From a virus: a stretch of 64,000 nt of DNA. The translations under genes and the position numbers were made by a program. The notes under the pieces were generated by a model, which saw nothing but the letters and a program-made list of their open reading frames with translations, was not told the origin of the DNA and ran no database searches. Numbering within the stretch: the stretch's first letter is position 1; each line of letters begins with the position of its first letter. The DNA is taken from IMG/VR virus record IMGVR_UViG_3300021142_002226, positions 32,001-96,000 of that record; one strand, 5' to 3'. Below are positions 1-11,515 of this stretch, in pieces.

Positions 1-2087
1 CCATATAAATAACCAAGTTCAACGTAATAACCAGATGTATTAAAAATTGGATTAATTTTGAAAATAGGTGTTCCGTTTGTAGAACCAGTCACACTTAATG
101 GATACTGCCAATAATCGCCATCAACACCAACATTTGCCGCTGATGATGCTTGTTTCAATAAAGAACCTGTCGATGCAATAGAACTTATAAAAACCAAAAC
201 ATCACCTATTGGTTGATATGTTGTTGTTATATTTGATGGACTTTTTGGTAAGTAAATTGTATCTTTTCTGAAATAAAATTGTTGTTGTGAAGGTATTCCA
301 ACAGGCAAACATCCATTTGTACCAATAAATTGACCTAAATTATATTTTCTCCATTCTGTTGGATCTGGAACTTCACCTATTGCTGTTTTTTGCCATAATA
401 AATAAATATTATCAGCGCTAAAGCCTAACCCATTTTCAGAACCATAATCTTTCAAATATGAAAATTCAGAATATGTGGTTGTTGTTGCCTTTTTAGGGAA
501 TTGGAATAATATATCTTGAGCTTTAGTATAAACATTTTCCATTGTCTGATAATTCTCACATTGGATGCCAGTAACATTTTTTGAATTTGTTAAATAATAG
601 CTCAAATGTATAGCTTCATTTGGTTGTAAAGCCCCACCTATATTAGCTCCCACACAATGTCCAACGTCAACAAGTGACACTTTTGGAGTTGGTAATGTCC
701 AGTTTCTATTTGCTTTATATGACATCGCAGTTATTAATTCTGGATCTTCAATCAAAATAATTTTTTCATTAATTAAAACTTTACCAACAACATTAGCATC
801 AGCTTCCTGATCAATCAAATCGTAATATTGAACAGTTCCGTTTATTGTTTTCAGTGTTGAGTCACAAATGAAGGTATACCCTATAGTATTACCCAATCCA
901 GTACCGCCAAATTGTTGTTTATGCCACATTAAATATGGTAAAGTGAGCGTCAATGAATTTTCATAAAAACCCTCGCCATAAAAATTATCAATTGTGTTAT
1001 TTGTATAGTGAATTATACCAACTTTATTTATTGTTTGTGTATACCCTGTAACTTGTGAGTTACCTTTTGTTGTACCTGTAACTATTGTAAGAGGGTTAAC
1101 TGTTAAATACACATTCGATAAATACTGATATTCAATTACAGTACCTTCATAATTTTTACCGTTGGAATACTCAGAATCTTTATATTTGGTTAAATCAAGA
1201 CCTGCTAAATCTCTTATATTAACAATGTTCATATTCCAAACAGGAACATCAACTTTTGTTCTTTGGCTTGGATCGCTTGTGAAATCTAATACTCCATTTG
1301 ACCAATAAGCTATTGGTGTTGTTTTATCATAATAATCTGGTATCGTATTTGTACCAGGATAAATAAAACCTTTGACACGACAATTTTTAGCAAATGGTGG
1401 TAAATTTCTATCAAGACCAAAATTAATCATTTGGTTGTTTGTTATACCAGTTAAAACTAAATCTGTACCAGAATTTACACTTGTAATCTGATACATCAAA
1501 TATTGTATAGGATCCGCATCTATATATGGTGTTAGATTAGCGGTATGACCTGTATAATAATCGTGCTGTAAGAATTTTAAAAATAAATAATCACCTTGTT
1601 TTACATTTTGAGTATAACCAGTATTCATTAGGCTTGTGGTATAACCTGTACCAACACCGAAATCAACAAAGTTTGGAGATATGGTGGTATCAACGTATTT
1701 TAAGTTTATTGAATTTGTATTACCAGATATAATACCAGTAAGGTTATACAATGATGTTAATGTATAGTCAATTAAGTTGTGAGTTGACCCACTGAAAAAT
1801 CCTCTATCCTTAGCTGTTGCTGTTGATATTATTGGATATGGTGTTATTGTTGTTATAGGTACTTTATATGTTGAACCGTTATAACTTACAGGAAATAATA
1901 TATCGTGGTTATTATCAACTGGCCTCAATATATTTACAGATGGAATATTACTATTCGTATAATCCATTTCTCCATCTCCAAGACTAAATGTTGAGAAGTC
2001 CAACTCTCCAGATGCAAGGTTTATTCTACCCAAATCTGTGAGTTTTACATTCACTAACGGTTGATTTCTTTTTAAAATATAGCTCAT
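1..2087 (-). CDS. Virion structural protein (partial, runs off the window start)
   Basis: Not in the ORF track. ATG at 2087-2085 begins MSYILKRNQPLVNVKLTDLGRINLASGELDFSTFSLGDGEMDY. The frame was open in the segments I checked (not read end to end). It follows the baseplate genes and is T/G/S-rich. Confidence 0.75.
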   Translation of the reverse strand, partial: MSYILKRNQPLVNVKLTDLGRINLASGELDFSTFSLGDGEMDYTNSNIPSVNILRPVDNNHDILFPVSYNGSTYKVPITTITPYPIISTATAKDRGFFSGSTHNLIDYTLTSLYNLTGIISGNTNSINLKYVDTTISPNFVDFGVGTGYTTSLMNTGYTQNVKQGDYLFLKFLQHDYYTGHTANLTPYIDADPIQYLMYQITSVNSGTDLVLTGITNNQMINFGLDRNLPPFAKNCRVKGFIYPGTNTIPDYYDKTTPIAYWSNGVLDFTSDPSQRTKVDVPVWNMNIVNIRDLAGLDLTKYKDSEYSNGKNYEGTVIEYQYLSNVYLTVNPLTIVTGTTKGNSQVTGYTQTINKVGIIHYTNNTIDNFYGEGFYENSLTLTLPYLMWHKQQFGGTGLGNTIGYTFICDSTLKTINGTVQYYDLIDQEADANVVGKVLINEKIILIEDPELITAMSYKANRNWTLPTPKVSLVDVGHCVGANIGGALQPNEAIHLSYYLTNSKNVTGIQCENYQTMENVYTKAQDILFQFPKKATTTTYSEFSYLKDYGSENGLGFSADNIYLLWQKTAIGEVPDPTEWRKYNLGQFIGTNGCLPVGIPSQQQFYFRKDTIYLPKSPSNITTTYQPIGDVLVFISSIASTGSLLKQASSAANVGVDGDYWQYPLSVTGSTNGTPIFKINPIFNTSGYYVELGYLY

Positions 2088-2115
2088 ATCTTTATAATAA
2101 ATATTTTGTTTTTGA

Positions 2116-5100
2116 TTATATTGTAAATTGGTTTGGTATTGTAAAATGGCTTGTTTTTGTTCCATTCAAACCATTAATGTTTAATGTTATTAATTCATTT
2201 CTTGTAACATTTGGTAATATTACAGTTCTTGTTTCATTTGTACCACTTATACTTGATGATGATACCACCTGAGCTGTACTTATAGGATTGTTTGTTGTCT
2301 TATCAAATAATGAAACCGAATTGTAATATGCACTATCAAATATTGATGAAGAATTTAAAATACTATAAGTAAAGGTTAATGTCAATGTGTCATTAGGTGC
2401 CACGTTGATTACCTGGTCAAATACAGAACCACTATTTAAGGTAGATGAACCTGAAACACTTCCAGAAGAACTTGTCCACACAGCATAAACTGGTGAAGCA
2501 CCATTTTGATTCACGATGACTCTGATGTTGTAACCATATACAAATGTTGATGGTGAGGATACAACATTTTGAGCCATTAAGCTCGAATTTAACGTAGAAA
2601 GTAAAGCAACGTTTGATTGGAATAGAATACCAAAAATTATGGACGCACTATGAGAACATGGATCGCTTATACTTAATTTAGCGATAAATTCGCCTGTTTT
2701 AGGTAAACCAACAACATCTATATCAAAATAATAATCCAAGATAATATCGCTTCCAGCAAGTCTGTAACCCACAGAACCGTATTTCTTGACACCATTTAAA
2801 GTGTTATCTTTTGCATCATAATATTTATCCAACGCATTTTTTAATCTCGCATCTACACCATTATTAACCACACCATTTATTGTGGTACCTGTAAAATCAT
2901 GATTAGTGAAATTTGGTTTTAACGTTAAATTATTTCTGTAGATATACAAATTATTTTTAACAGCATCAGTTAAATCGTAATTGTCTGATTCATAAACACT
3001 TACTTTAGTTCTATCTTTATAGAATTTGAATGATTCAACAAGACAGAAATCAGATTTTGACCAATTTGCCGTATCCTGGAATGGTAATAATGTCATAACA
3101 GAAGCAACATTACTGATGTAACTATAAAGAACACCTCTTGATACAGCATATTTATAAACATGATATAAAGAATATTGATTATATGTTCTTGTTAATGAAA
3201 ACTCTCTCGGACAATTTATAGCACTACCGTTGCATAAATATTCAAATATTGGTGAAAAGTTTTCATTATAATAATCACTTACAAAACATCCAGGCAACCC
3301 AGAAGGATCATAATCATAACTTCTATTATAGGTTGCATTTATATTATAGTAATACCTATTAGGTATTGATGATTCAGTATAACCAGTTATTAAATTATTA
3401 TTAGTTGTAAAACCAGCATGTGTTATATCAGAATTGTTCATGATATAATCACCTACCACGAAAGGTGTATTAAAATAAGTTGATGAATTGGCGAATTTAT
3501 AATATTTGAGTACGTTAATTTGGTTAATTTCACCTATATCAATATATGTGGAATAAGATGCAATTGTTCCTGTAGAACCTGTCGGTACCTGAGCATCGTA
3601 ATCTGAACCACCTACATTAGTAAGTTCTTGTAATTTCCATCCTTTCAAATTTCCTAACGAGTCTGCTGGAATTAAATTTGGTAAACGTATTGCTGTATTA
3701 AAATCTCTTCGTGGTGTACCAGAGTAAGGCCCAGGGTAACTGTTGAAAGGGTTTGTTGCATTAAATACTGTACCACCAGTGGTTAATGAAGTCCAGTGGC
3801 CGTAAGTGTTAGTAATAGGATCATCTGAAAATGAAAATGGTACAGAACTACGTATATTTTTATACAATTTATAATCATTTACATTCAAAGCTATAACAGT
3901 ATCATGACTATTCCATATTCTACCGTTTGAATTTCCAGTTACACCAGTATAATATATCATTGGTTTATTATATATAAACCTATATATGTTACCAGCATAT
4001 AAAACTAAATTACCAAACGATAAATTAAGTGTGGAACCTGTTTCGATATAATTTATTGTATTATCGTTTGTGAATGGATATATATTAGTTTGGTTAACAT
4101 GATAATGAAAAACTCTTTCATAACCCCAAGGACTAAAATTCTTTGGATCAAATTTCGTTAATTCTTCAAAACATGAATGTGAACCATTAGGTTGATATAT
4201 TTCATTAATCTTGTATGGTACAACCGTAGTTCCAGATGTAATTTTATAACAATGGTATGGTGTAATATCTTCAACGCAAACATATAATCTATCAACGTTT
4301 ACTGTTTTAATACTATAAGTCCCACCTGTACTTACAACAACCGTTTTGTAATTGTTAATTGTCACTTTAACAATGTCATTGAGATTATAATTCATAATTG
4401 CAGGATTGAAGTATTCAGCTACAGATAACATTTGTTGATATATATCTGTACTGTAAACTTCATTTTCCAACTCATAAGTTGTGCCTGTAATTTGAACTCT
4501 TCTTGTACCATAAATATTATTGGTGTTATTCAAGTCAAGTCTTGTATAATCTAAAATACCAGAATCATATGCTTGAAAAAGTTGTACACTTTGAGTGTTA
4601 CCAGTACCAATAATAGTTTTATTATTTAAAGTTGATTTAGACGGTTCGTATGTGCTATAATTATCAACTGTAAAGTATCTTCTACCAATTTGTTTACCAA
4701 TTATGATATTATTTGTAACCGAACCACCTTCGTAGAATTCTGGTACATTACCAAGATAATAATCAGCTGCTGTTATATTATAAACGCTATCAGAGGCATA
4801 ATATCCTTTAGTTGACGGTATACTATATGGTAATTTTTTCGTTATAATATTAAAATTGAAATCTACTTTATCATATTTAATATCTTTATCATATAATGTT
4901 TTTTGTTGATCAGTAATTACAGGATCATTTGTTAGTTTTTTATAGTAATCAACATACAATTTATTATACATCAATACAGGATCTGTTGAGTGATTATATG
5001 CAACTCTTGGTGTATTTAAGAAATAATAATTTGTATATGGTGAACTATCACTATATGTGTAATTATCCACACCAACAATAGAATTTGTTGTAGTTGTACC

Positions 5101-8100
5101 TGTTTGAGCATCATATTTAGCAATTAATGGTGCAATCGATAAACCATATTCTATATCCGTACCGTAATTCACTTTACGTCCAGTGTTGAAAGCTACTCTA
5201 AATCTACCGTCATCAACTGGGTTATATAAATTTCTATCAGGTTCATTATATACATAATCAATAACCTCATATCTTGACAATGTACAATCATTTGTAACTG
5301 GTTCTATTGCAAAATATAACTTTTGATTTTTTTGGAACCCACCTTCGTATATAAAATTATATATTCTATTATCAGGTAAATCATTTCCAGAAAAAGAAAA
5401 CTGTTGAGCTTCTACAGCAATACCATTAGAGTCAAGTAAATATAAATTCACTGTCTGTGATATATTTAACGATGATTCAAAATAAAGTTGGAAATCAAAT
5501 TTTAAATATGAATTATATTTGACAAGAAAAAATCCAGGGTTAGAAACAGATAGAGCTATATTATCAGATACGGTTGAAAAATTGGTATTCAATGATTGTA
5601 TCGACACATAATTCTTTTCATTTGCAACCAATGGTAGACTATCATTTAATGTTAATATTAAAGCTTCATCAGCACGAGGTTCATAAAACGGCCCTACATT
5701 ATCAGGATTAATAGTATAAAAACCATCAAAATCGAATATAAAATTATCATTCATATATAGAACATGGTCAAGAACCGTGTCTTTTACAACAAGTGTTGTT
5801 CCTGATGTTGCACCAGAATAAACATATTGTAAGTTAAATGCTTTATTTAAATTTATCGAAATTAGATTTTTTGTTGGGTCAAGGTTGATTTTATTAATAT
5901 AAGCTGGATCTATATGCATCAAAGGGTCTGTAGTTGTTCTACCAGAATAATTTTGATACATATCACCAAGATATGTTGTACTAACTTTCAAACCACTTGT
6001 TGGACTTACCACAGGTGTTGTTGATGTTCCTGTAATTACGGTTGTACCTGTTACAACATATGTTGTATTTGGTGTTGGTAAATATTCAATTAAATCCCCA
6101 TTATAATAGGTAGTACCTAAAGTCCATATTTTACGTTTTTTATATGGTGTAATCCAATTACCAGACTTACCAAAAACGTAGTCTGAAGGTTTAGATGTTC
6201 CGATATTTTTAGAGTAACCATAATATTTGGGTTGTCTAATCGTTCTATGTGTTCCGTATTCATCAACATAATTTGCTATTGATGGGTATGTAGTTCCAGT
6301 ACGTGAGTTGAATGAACTTAAACTAATTGTTCTACCAGAGTAATCATAAAAACAAACGTGTGGTGGAGGTGATGGACATGTAAAATTAATACCAATATCA
6401 ATATGAGCAAACCCCATACTAATAGATTTCAAGAAATACTCACGTTCATCACTATTTGGTAATGGGTTATTGACACCATCACAATCTGGGAAAGTTATTG
6501 TTTTAGCATTAGTATATCTTGGTATGTGTGTATATAATGGACTACCACTATAAGTTAAAACAACAGCATTTGTTGAGTTGTTTTTATAAATAAAATGTGA
6601 GTGATCTGGTGTTTGGTAATATGTTGTACCTGATGTAACAATAGTTGTTAATGGTTCAATTGTACCGACACTATTATAAAATGATGTACCAAAAGGATAA
6701 TTTGCCGCATAAGTTCTTATAGCAGCAACCGTGTTCAGACGATATAATTCTCCATGATATGTTACAAATACACCATATCTTCTAAGTTTTGTTGTATCTA
6801 AATTATACAATAAACTTGTTGATGTTGTGGCACCTGAAGGACTTGTAATGTTACCTTTGTAATCAGATGTTGTGTAATCTTTATTTGAAATCCACTTGAA
6901 AAAATTAAATCCTGTACCACAATATTCTGAATTGGAATATTGAACACCGAAATATTGGTTGATTGTTGGATCGATACCTTTAATTTTTTTACCGATTAAA
7001 CCTTCCAAACCAACACTAATTGGTGTTGCTGTGATTGATTGTCTTAATGTTCCAACTGAATTTACAGCTGAAGATCCTTCATAAACTGGTTTTTTAGCAG
7101 TCGTTTGGAATTCTGAACCTTCAGTACCTAACCAAGCTAAATCGTTATTTTCACCGTGTTTGTAAACAAATTTATTATCAAGATGTGAGCTATTTCTTAT
7201 CTTTTTACCAGTATTAATTATTGATGTTGCTGGAATAAACTGTTGTATAAGGTTAACCCAATGAGTATCAAACAACCCAAGGAACTCAAGAGCTTTAGCA
7301 TTTGTTACATAATCTCCACTTAATTTCAAGAAATCAAAATAAATTTTTGATAAAGTTGGATATGTAACAATCGTTTTTCTTGTCTCTACAGGTATGTATT
7401 TTTCTAATACCTCTCTTAGATATTGATTAAATGTTATTGAATTCGGTGTTATTGGATTTGTATATCCAGTGCTCAATGTTGAATCAATATTAATATTATT
7501 ACTCGCATAATATTTGTATATTGTGTGGTCTATAATTCTATCACTTGACAAATAAACCTCAAGTTCTTTTGTATTGATAGACAATCTTGAGTCTTGTTCG
7601 TAATAATAAGTTGAGTATGCATCAGAGTCATTTTCTCTATACAATGGCGTTTCAGTATAAACCCATGATTTTTGGTTATCAATGGTTCTAAATATATCAA
7701 AACCTTTTACACTATCAAAATTTCTGAACGCATCAAGATATTTCTTACCAAAGTCATAAGGCCCTACATTTTGGGAATCTTGTGTCAAATATCCGCCAGA
7801 TTCTTGAAATGCAACATTTGATGGTATTGTAGGATAACCATCTCCATCAAAAGGATATACACCAAGTAAATATGTAGGATCTACAACATCTGATAAATTA
7901 TAGATTTTGTTCAATTTATCAATCGGATCAACTTTATCTGACGCTAAGTAAACATATTCAGTTATTTCTGTTATATAATCAGGGATACCAGCTATTTTTA
8001 AAATGAACTCTATCGATTTTCTGGTACCTTTTGATTTAAATAAATAAAATGCGTTAATAGCAATTCTTCTCCACAATTCAATATCTAATTCAACTGGAGT

Positions 8101-9603
8101 GATATCTGAAACTAATTTATAATCCGATGTGTTAAAAAATGATTGTATTAATGTATCTTGATCTTCTATTTCAAAAGTTTCAAGACCTAACATATGAGCA
8201 AAGTTTTTTACTAAAACATCTGGGATATTTTCAACCTTATCATATGTTAAATTGGTCATATAGGTTAAGCCGTCAACATATCTTTTAACGTCATCAAAGT
8301 ATCTACCATATAAGTTGAAAATAATTTGTGCTTTTTTATCTACTGTATCAAAATCTTTTAAAGAGTCCGTTGTTAAAAATCTTGATATTAAATTTGTTTT
8401 ATATGCATCGAAGTCGTCTGATATTGTATTTAGTTGTGTTAAAAAATCATCAAACTTAGAATCAAATAAATTTACGTTTACTTCATCATAAACTGGAAAA
8501 TATATTGCTCTTTTGTTCAATACAGTATCACCATTATCATTTGTTTCAGGCACAACAAATTCAGATTTGTATGCTTGTGTTGTTTCATCATAATTCAATA
8601 AAAATTGTCCAAGATCTGATATATTTTGGAAAAATTCATTAAATTTTTCAGCTGACGGTTTTATATAAAAAAGAACGTTTGCTTCGTTGTTTGTGTTTAA
8701 TTTATCTAAGAATGGCCTTCCGTTGGTTGTAATCACCAAACCATTAGCTAAATCAGATGTAGATGTTGGTAGTGATACACTAATGATTGGGTATTCTGTA
8801 CCATTGTAATAAATTACAAAATCTGTGTAATTTTTACCGAAATTTCTCAATGGGGTAAGCGTAGGATCGTCAACTTTTGTAAGTGATTTTGATGTGTAAT
8901 CAATTCCAAATGGGTTAAACAGATTACCTATATTAACTTTGAATGTTGCTCTATTAGTTGCTGTTAAATTAACATAATTAGTTACAGACGGATATAATAT
9001 TGAAATTGGTGACGCTTTGATACCGCCTGGGAAATCTTGTGTGATTTCAATAATTGTATTTTTTATTCTCTCTTTTAACGATGAGAATAAAACATAGTTT
9101 TCAAGTTTGCGTTTGTCAAACAATATTGTTGCGGTAAGATTACTTTGAACGTTGTTGTTTACAAAATCAACTAATTGTGATGAATTTATCCCAGCCTTTT
9201 GACTTATAATATTGGCTGTGAACTTTTGAGTTGGGTCTGCTTGAGAAACTTGTGTTGCAGTTGTGTTTTGAACAATATAACTTTTACCAAGTGTAAAATT
9301 GCCAAGAGTAAAAAAAGGATCTCCTTTATCTACCTCAGTTGTTGAGTTAGCAAATTGTAAACCAACCAATTTATCACCAAAAACGTCTTTACCGAACGCC
9401 GCAAGTTTACCTTGTTGAACGTAATATCTTAATGTTTTATCGTACTCAAGATATGTTGAGCATGGTACATATTTTGTTTGACCGTTAACTATATAAGTTC
9501 TGTAACCGCTACAACCTAATTCGGCTGAACGTGTAAGCGCCTCTTGTGCGGTATCAAATAAATCACCAATTATTGGTGTACTACTAAAACTCAAGTCAGC
9601 CAT
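2116..9603 (-). CDS. Giant baseplate wedge protein (P2 gpI-like domain) with long C-terminal extension
   Basis: 2495 aa. Motif IELWRRIAINAFYLFKSKGTRKSIEFILKIAG resembles the gpI-type wedge 'KGT..SI' motif. It lies downstream of the gp25 and gp6-like genes. Confidence 0.6.
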   Translation of the reverse strand: MADLSFSSTPIIGDLFDTAQEALTRSAELGCSGYRTYIVNGQTKYVPCSTYLEYDKTLRYYVQQGKLAAFGKDVFGDKLVGLQFANSTTEVDKGDPFFTLGNFTLGKSYIVQNTTATQVSQADPTQKFTANIISQKAGINSSQLVDFVNNNVQSNLTATILFDKRKLENYVLFSSLKERIKNTIIEITQDFPGGIKASPISILYPSVTNYVNLTATNRATFKVNIGNLFNPFGIDYTSKSLTKVDDPTLTPLRNFGKNYTDFVIYYNGTEYPIISVSLPTSTSDLANGLVITTNGRPFLDKLNTNNEANVLFYIKPSAEKFNEFFQNISDLGQFLLNYDETTQAYKSEFVVPETNDNGDTVLNKRAIYFPVYDEVNVNLFDSKFDDFLTQLNTISDDFDAYKTNLISRFLTTDSLKDFDTVDKKAQIIFNLYGRYFDDVKRYVDGLTYMTNLTYDKVENIPDVLVKNFAHMLGLETFEIEDQDTLIQSFFNTSDYKLVSDITPVELDIELWRRIAINAFYLFKSKGTRKSIEFILKIAGIPDYITEITEYVYLASDKVDPIDKLNKIYNLSDVVDPTYLLGVYPFDGDGYPTIPSNVAFQESGGYLTQDSQNVGPYDFGKKYLDAFRNFDSVKGFDIFRTIDNQKSWVYTETPLYRENDSDAYSTYYYEQDSRLSINTKELEVYLSSDRIIDHTIYKYYASNNINIDSTLSTGYTNPITPNSITFNQYLREVLEKYIPVETRKTIVTYPTLSKIYFDFLKLSGDYVTNAKALEFLGLFDTHWVNLIQQFIPATSIINTGKKIRNSSHLDNKFVYKHGENNDLAWLGTEGSEFQTTAKKPVYEGSSAVNSVGTLRQSITATPISVGLEGLIGKKIKGIDPTINQYFGVQYSNSEYCGTGFNFFKWISNKDYTTSDYKGNITSPSGATTSTSLLYNLDTTKLRRYGVFVTYHGELYRLNTVAAIRTYAANYPFGTSFYNSVGTIEPLTTIVTSGTTYYQTPDHSHFIYKNNSTNAVVLTYSGSPLYTHIPRYTNAKTITFPDCDGVNNPLPNSDEREYFLKSISMGFAHIDIGINFTCPSPPPHVCFYDYSGRTISLSSFNSRTGTTYPSIANYVDEYGTHRTIRQPKYYGYSKNIGTSKPSDYVFGKSGNWITPYKKRKIWTLGTTYYNGDLIEYLPTPNTTYVVTGTTVITGTSTTPVVSPTSGLKVSTTYLGDMYQNYSGRTTTDPLMHIDPAYINKINLDPTKNLISINLNKAFNLQYVYSGATSGTTLVVKDTVLDHVLYMNDNFIFDFDGFYTINPDNVGPFYEPRADEALILTLNDSLPLVANEKNYVSIQSLNTNFSTVSDNIALSVSNPGFFLVKYNSYLKFDFQLYFESSLNISQTVNLYLLDSNGIAVEAQQFSFSGNDLPDNRIYNFIYEGGFQKNQKLYFAIEPVTNDCTLSRYEVIDYVYNEPDRNLYNPVDDGRFRVAFNTGRKVNYGTDIEYGLSIAPLIAKYDAQTGTTTTNSIVGVDNYTYSDSSPYTNYYFLNTPRVAYNHSTDPVLMYNKLYVDYYKKLTNDPVITDQQKTLYDKDIKYDKVDFNFNIITKKLPYSIPSTKGYYASDSVYNITAADYYLGNVPEFYEGGSVTNNIIIGKQIGRRYFTVDNYSTYEPSKSTLNNKTIIGTGNTQSVQLFQAYDSGILDYTRLDLNNTNNIYGTRRVQITGTTYELENEVYSTDIYQQMLSVAEYFNPAIMNYNLNDIVKVTINNYKTVVVSTGGTYSIKTVNVDRLYVCVEDITPYHCYKITSGTTVVPYKINEIYQPNGSHSCFEELTKFDPKNFSPWGYERVFHYHVNQTNIYPFTNDNTINYIETGSTLNLSFGNLVLYAGNIYRFIYNKPMIYYTGVTGNSNGRIWNSHDTVIALNVNDYKLYKNIRSSVPFSFSDDPITNTYGHWTSLTTGGTVFNATNPFNSYPGPYSGTPRRDFNTAIRLPNLIPADSLGNLKGWKLQELTNVGGSDYDAQVPTGSTGTIASYSTYIDIGEINQINVLKYYKFANSSTYFNTPFVVGDYIMNNSDITHAGFTTNNNLITGYTESSIPNRYYYNINATYNRSYDYDPSGLPGCFVSDYYNENFSPIFEYLCNGSAINCPREFSLTRTYNQYSLYHVYKYAVSRGVLYSYISNVASVMTLLPFQDTANWSKSDFCLVESFKFYKDRTKVSVYESDNYDLTDAVKNNLYIYRNNLTLKPNFTNHDFTGTTINGVVNNGVDARLKNALDKYYDAKDNTLNGVKKYGSVGYRLAGSDIILDYYFDIDVVGLPKTGEFIAKLSISDPCSHSASIIFGILFQSNVALLSTLNSSLMAQNVVSSPSTFVYGYNIRVIVNQNGASPVYAVWTSSSGSVSGSSTLNSGSVFDQVINVAPNDTLTLTFTYSILNSSSIFDSAYYNSVSLFDKTTNNPISTAQVVSSSSISGTNETRTVILPNVTRNELITLNINGLNGTKTSHFTIPNQFTI

Positions 9604-10502
9604 TATTGTATAATATTGTTATAAGCTTTCGAATTATCTATAGTTGTTCTTTTACGTCTAACCTCGTATAATTTATTATTTAAATTGTCTCTAATTTCAT
9701 AAAGATCGTATTGGGCATATATATTTTTATTTGAGTCATATAACGTGTAAATACCATCATCGATAGATTTTGTTTGATCGCCGTATAGTGCGATAGCCAA
9801 TGACTCAAGATCATAATTTACAAGCTCAACCTCAAATATTTCTGGTGCAAAATTGGTATTTGTTATAATAACACTTTGACCTTTTTTACCAATAAAAGGG
9901 GTCGCTGTAGGTTTAAAACTTGGGGCTGCATTAGGTGTTACAGTACAAAATAACATATTACCTGTATTATTGTAAATGTATTTAATGCTTTTTTGAGAAG
10001 AATTAGCTGTATTTACTTGTACTGGTTCAGATATAAATGAGGATGTTATAATTCTATAAAGATTTCTAACTTTAGTACCATCAGCATTTAAATATTCTAC
10101 TCTATAACCATCAAGGCCATTATTAGTAAATTTACTAATATATTCAGTTGGTACAGAGTTTCTATCGAAAACTAAACCTTGTACATCCGAATATGTTGCA
10201 AGTTGGGCACAATCAGCTATTGTAACCCTTATTTGAGTTGGTCTTACATATATTGTATAAAATCCTTTAGCATTGAATGTTGTTACTGGAAGTTTAAGGT
10301 TGTATAATCCACCTAAAACTTCAACGTTTGTGCCACCAAGCGTTGAATTACTATAAACTGGTGTCAAAACATCACTACCATTTAATTTTGTAATTATTTG
10401 GTTTTCTGTAGCATTTCTGGTTGGCGTGTAAATTACTATAACCTCAACATCTATCGGATCCACATCTGCTGGTCTTTTTACACCATAAACTCCTATCGCC
10501 AT
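9603..10502 (-). CDS. Putative virion/baseplate-associated protein
   Basis: 299 aa ORF coupled to the next gene (stop/start overlap at 9603), within the structural operon. Confidence 0.55.
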   Translation of the reverse strand: MAIGVYGVKRPADVDPIDVEVIVIYTPTRNATENQIITKLNGSDVLTPVYSNSTLGGTNVEVLGGLYNLKLPVTTFNAKGFYTIYVRPTQIRVTIADCAQLATYSDVQGLVFDRNSVPTEYISKFTNNGLDGYRVEYLNADGTKVRNLYRIITSSFISEPVQVNTANSSQKSIKYIYNNTGNMLFCTVTPNAAPSFKPTATPFIGKKGQSVIITNTNFAPEIFEVELVNYDLESLAIALYGDQTKSIDDGIYTLYDSNKNIYAQYDLYEIRDNLNNKLYEVRRKRTTIDNSKAYNNIIQ

Positions 10503-10522
10503 ATTAAAATATTTTTTATATT

Positions 10523-11512
10523 TTATTTTACATTTTTAAAATTGAACCCTTGCGAATTCATTTTATAATAATTTATACCAATTTTCATAAGTTCTGACAC
10601 CGATTTAACGTTTTTCAGTCTTATAACTGGTTCGAAAGCGTTATTTACACCTCTATCAATAAATACTTGATTAAAGATTTTAGGTTCCTCAATTAATCCA
10701 GGATATAAAACAACATTTGCATTATTTTGCGGAGTGTCGTCAGCTCGTCTATACATAAAGGTAGTTGTTCCATCAGGAAAATCAATATATTTTATAGGAT
10801 AGTTAGAATCAATATACAAAACATATTCAAGATAATCGCCAATATTCAAAATCATACCATATTGGTCGGTACCAGATATTTTGATAGGAACATGTATTTT
10901 TTTCAAATTTGATGTCGTATTTGTATTTGTCTGGGTTTTGGATGAATTTACAGCGTTATTCAACTGACTTATAGAAGAAAATCCTTTGACAGAATTAGTA
11001 TTATATTTATATGGTGAATTTACATCAACAGATTTTACCACATTTGCAGAATTATAAAAATTTGCCCCAGAAGAATTTGTTATCAAAATTGTATTTGGTC
11101 GGTTATTTACATCCAAATCGATATCCGAATAAGAATTATATAGGTTACTAAATTTACTTGTGGTTGTACCAGTAACAAAAACATACTTTGTTGTATTAAA
11201 ATAATTTTTAATATATTCATATGATTTTAAGTCTACAGGTGTTGTTGTTAAACTTGCTGGTACGGTAGTTTGGTTTACTACTTTTACGTTTAATGTGGCA
11301 CTATCGTTTTGTGTTGTTGTATAACTATTTAAAACCGATTTATCTAATGCGTATCTATTTGGTGAAATTGCTGTATTATATGATTTATCCAGCATATTTT
11401 CTATTGTATCAATTGTCAATTTATTAGCATTAATATATGATCCAGTTATTGATACAACTGATTCCAAACCAATTAAGATATTATAATCTGTATTTCCTAT
11501 TAATATTTGCAT
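10523..11512 (-). CDS. Hypothetical structural protein
   Basis: 329 aa ORF tightly packed in the baseplate operon. Confidence 0.5.
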   Translation of the reverse strand: MQILIGNTDYNILIGLESVVSITGSYINANKLTIDTIENMLDKSYNTAISPNRYALDKSVLNSYTTTQNDSATLNVKVVNQTTVPASLTTTPVDLKSYEYIKNYFNTTKYVFVTGTTTSKFSNLYNSYSDIDLDVNNRPNTILITNSSGANFYNSANVVKSVDVNSPYKYNTNSVKGFSSISQLNNAVNSSKTQTNTNTTSNLKKIHVPIKISGTDQYGMILNIGDYLEYVLYIDSNYPIKYIDFPDGTTTFMYRRADDTPQNNANVVLYPGLIEEPKIFNQVFIDRGVNNAFEPVIRLKNVKSVSELMKIGINYYKMNSQGFNFKNVK

Positions 11513-11515
11513 ATC

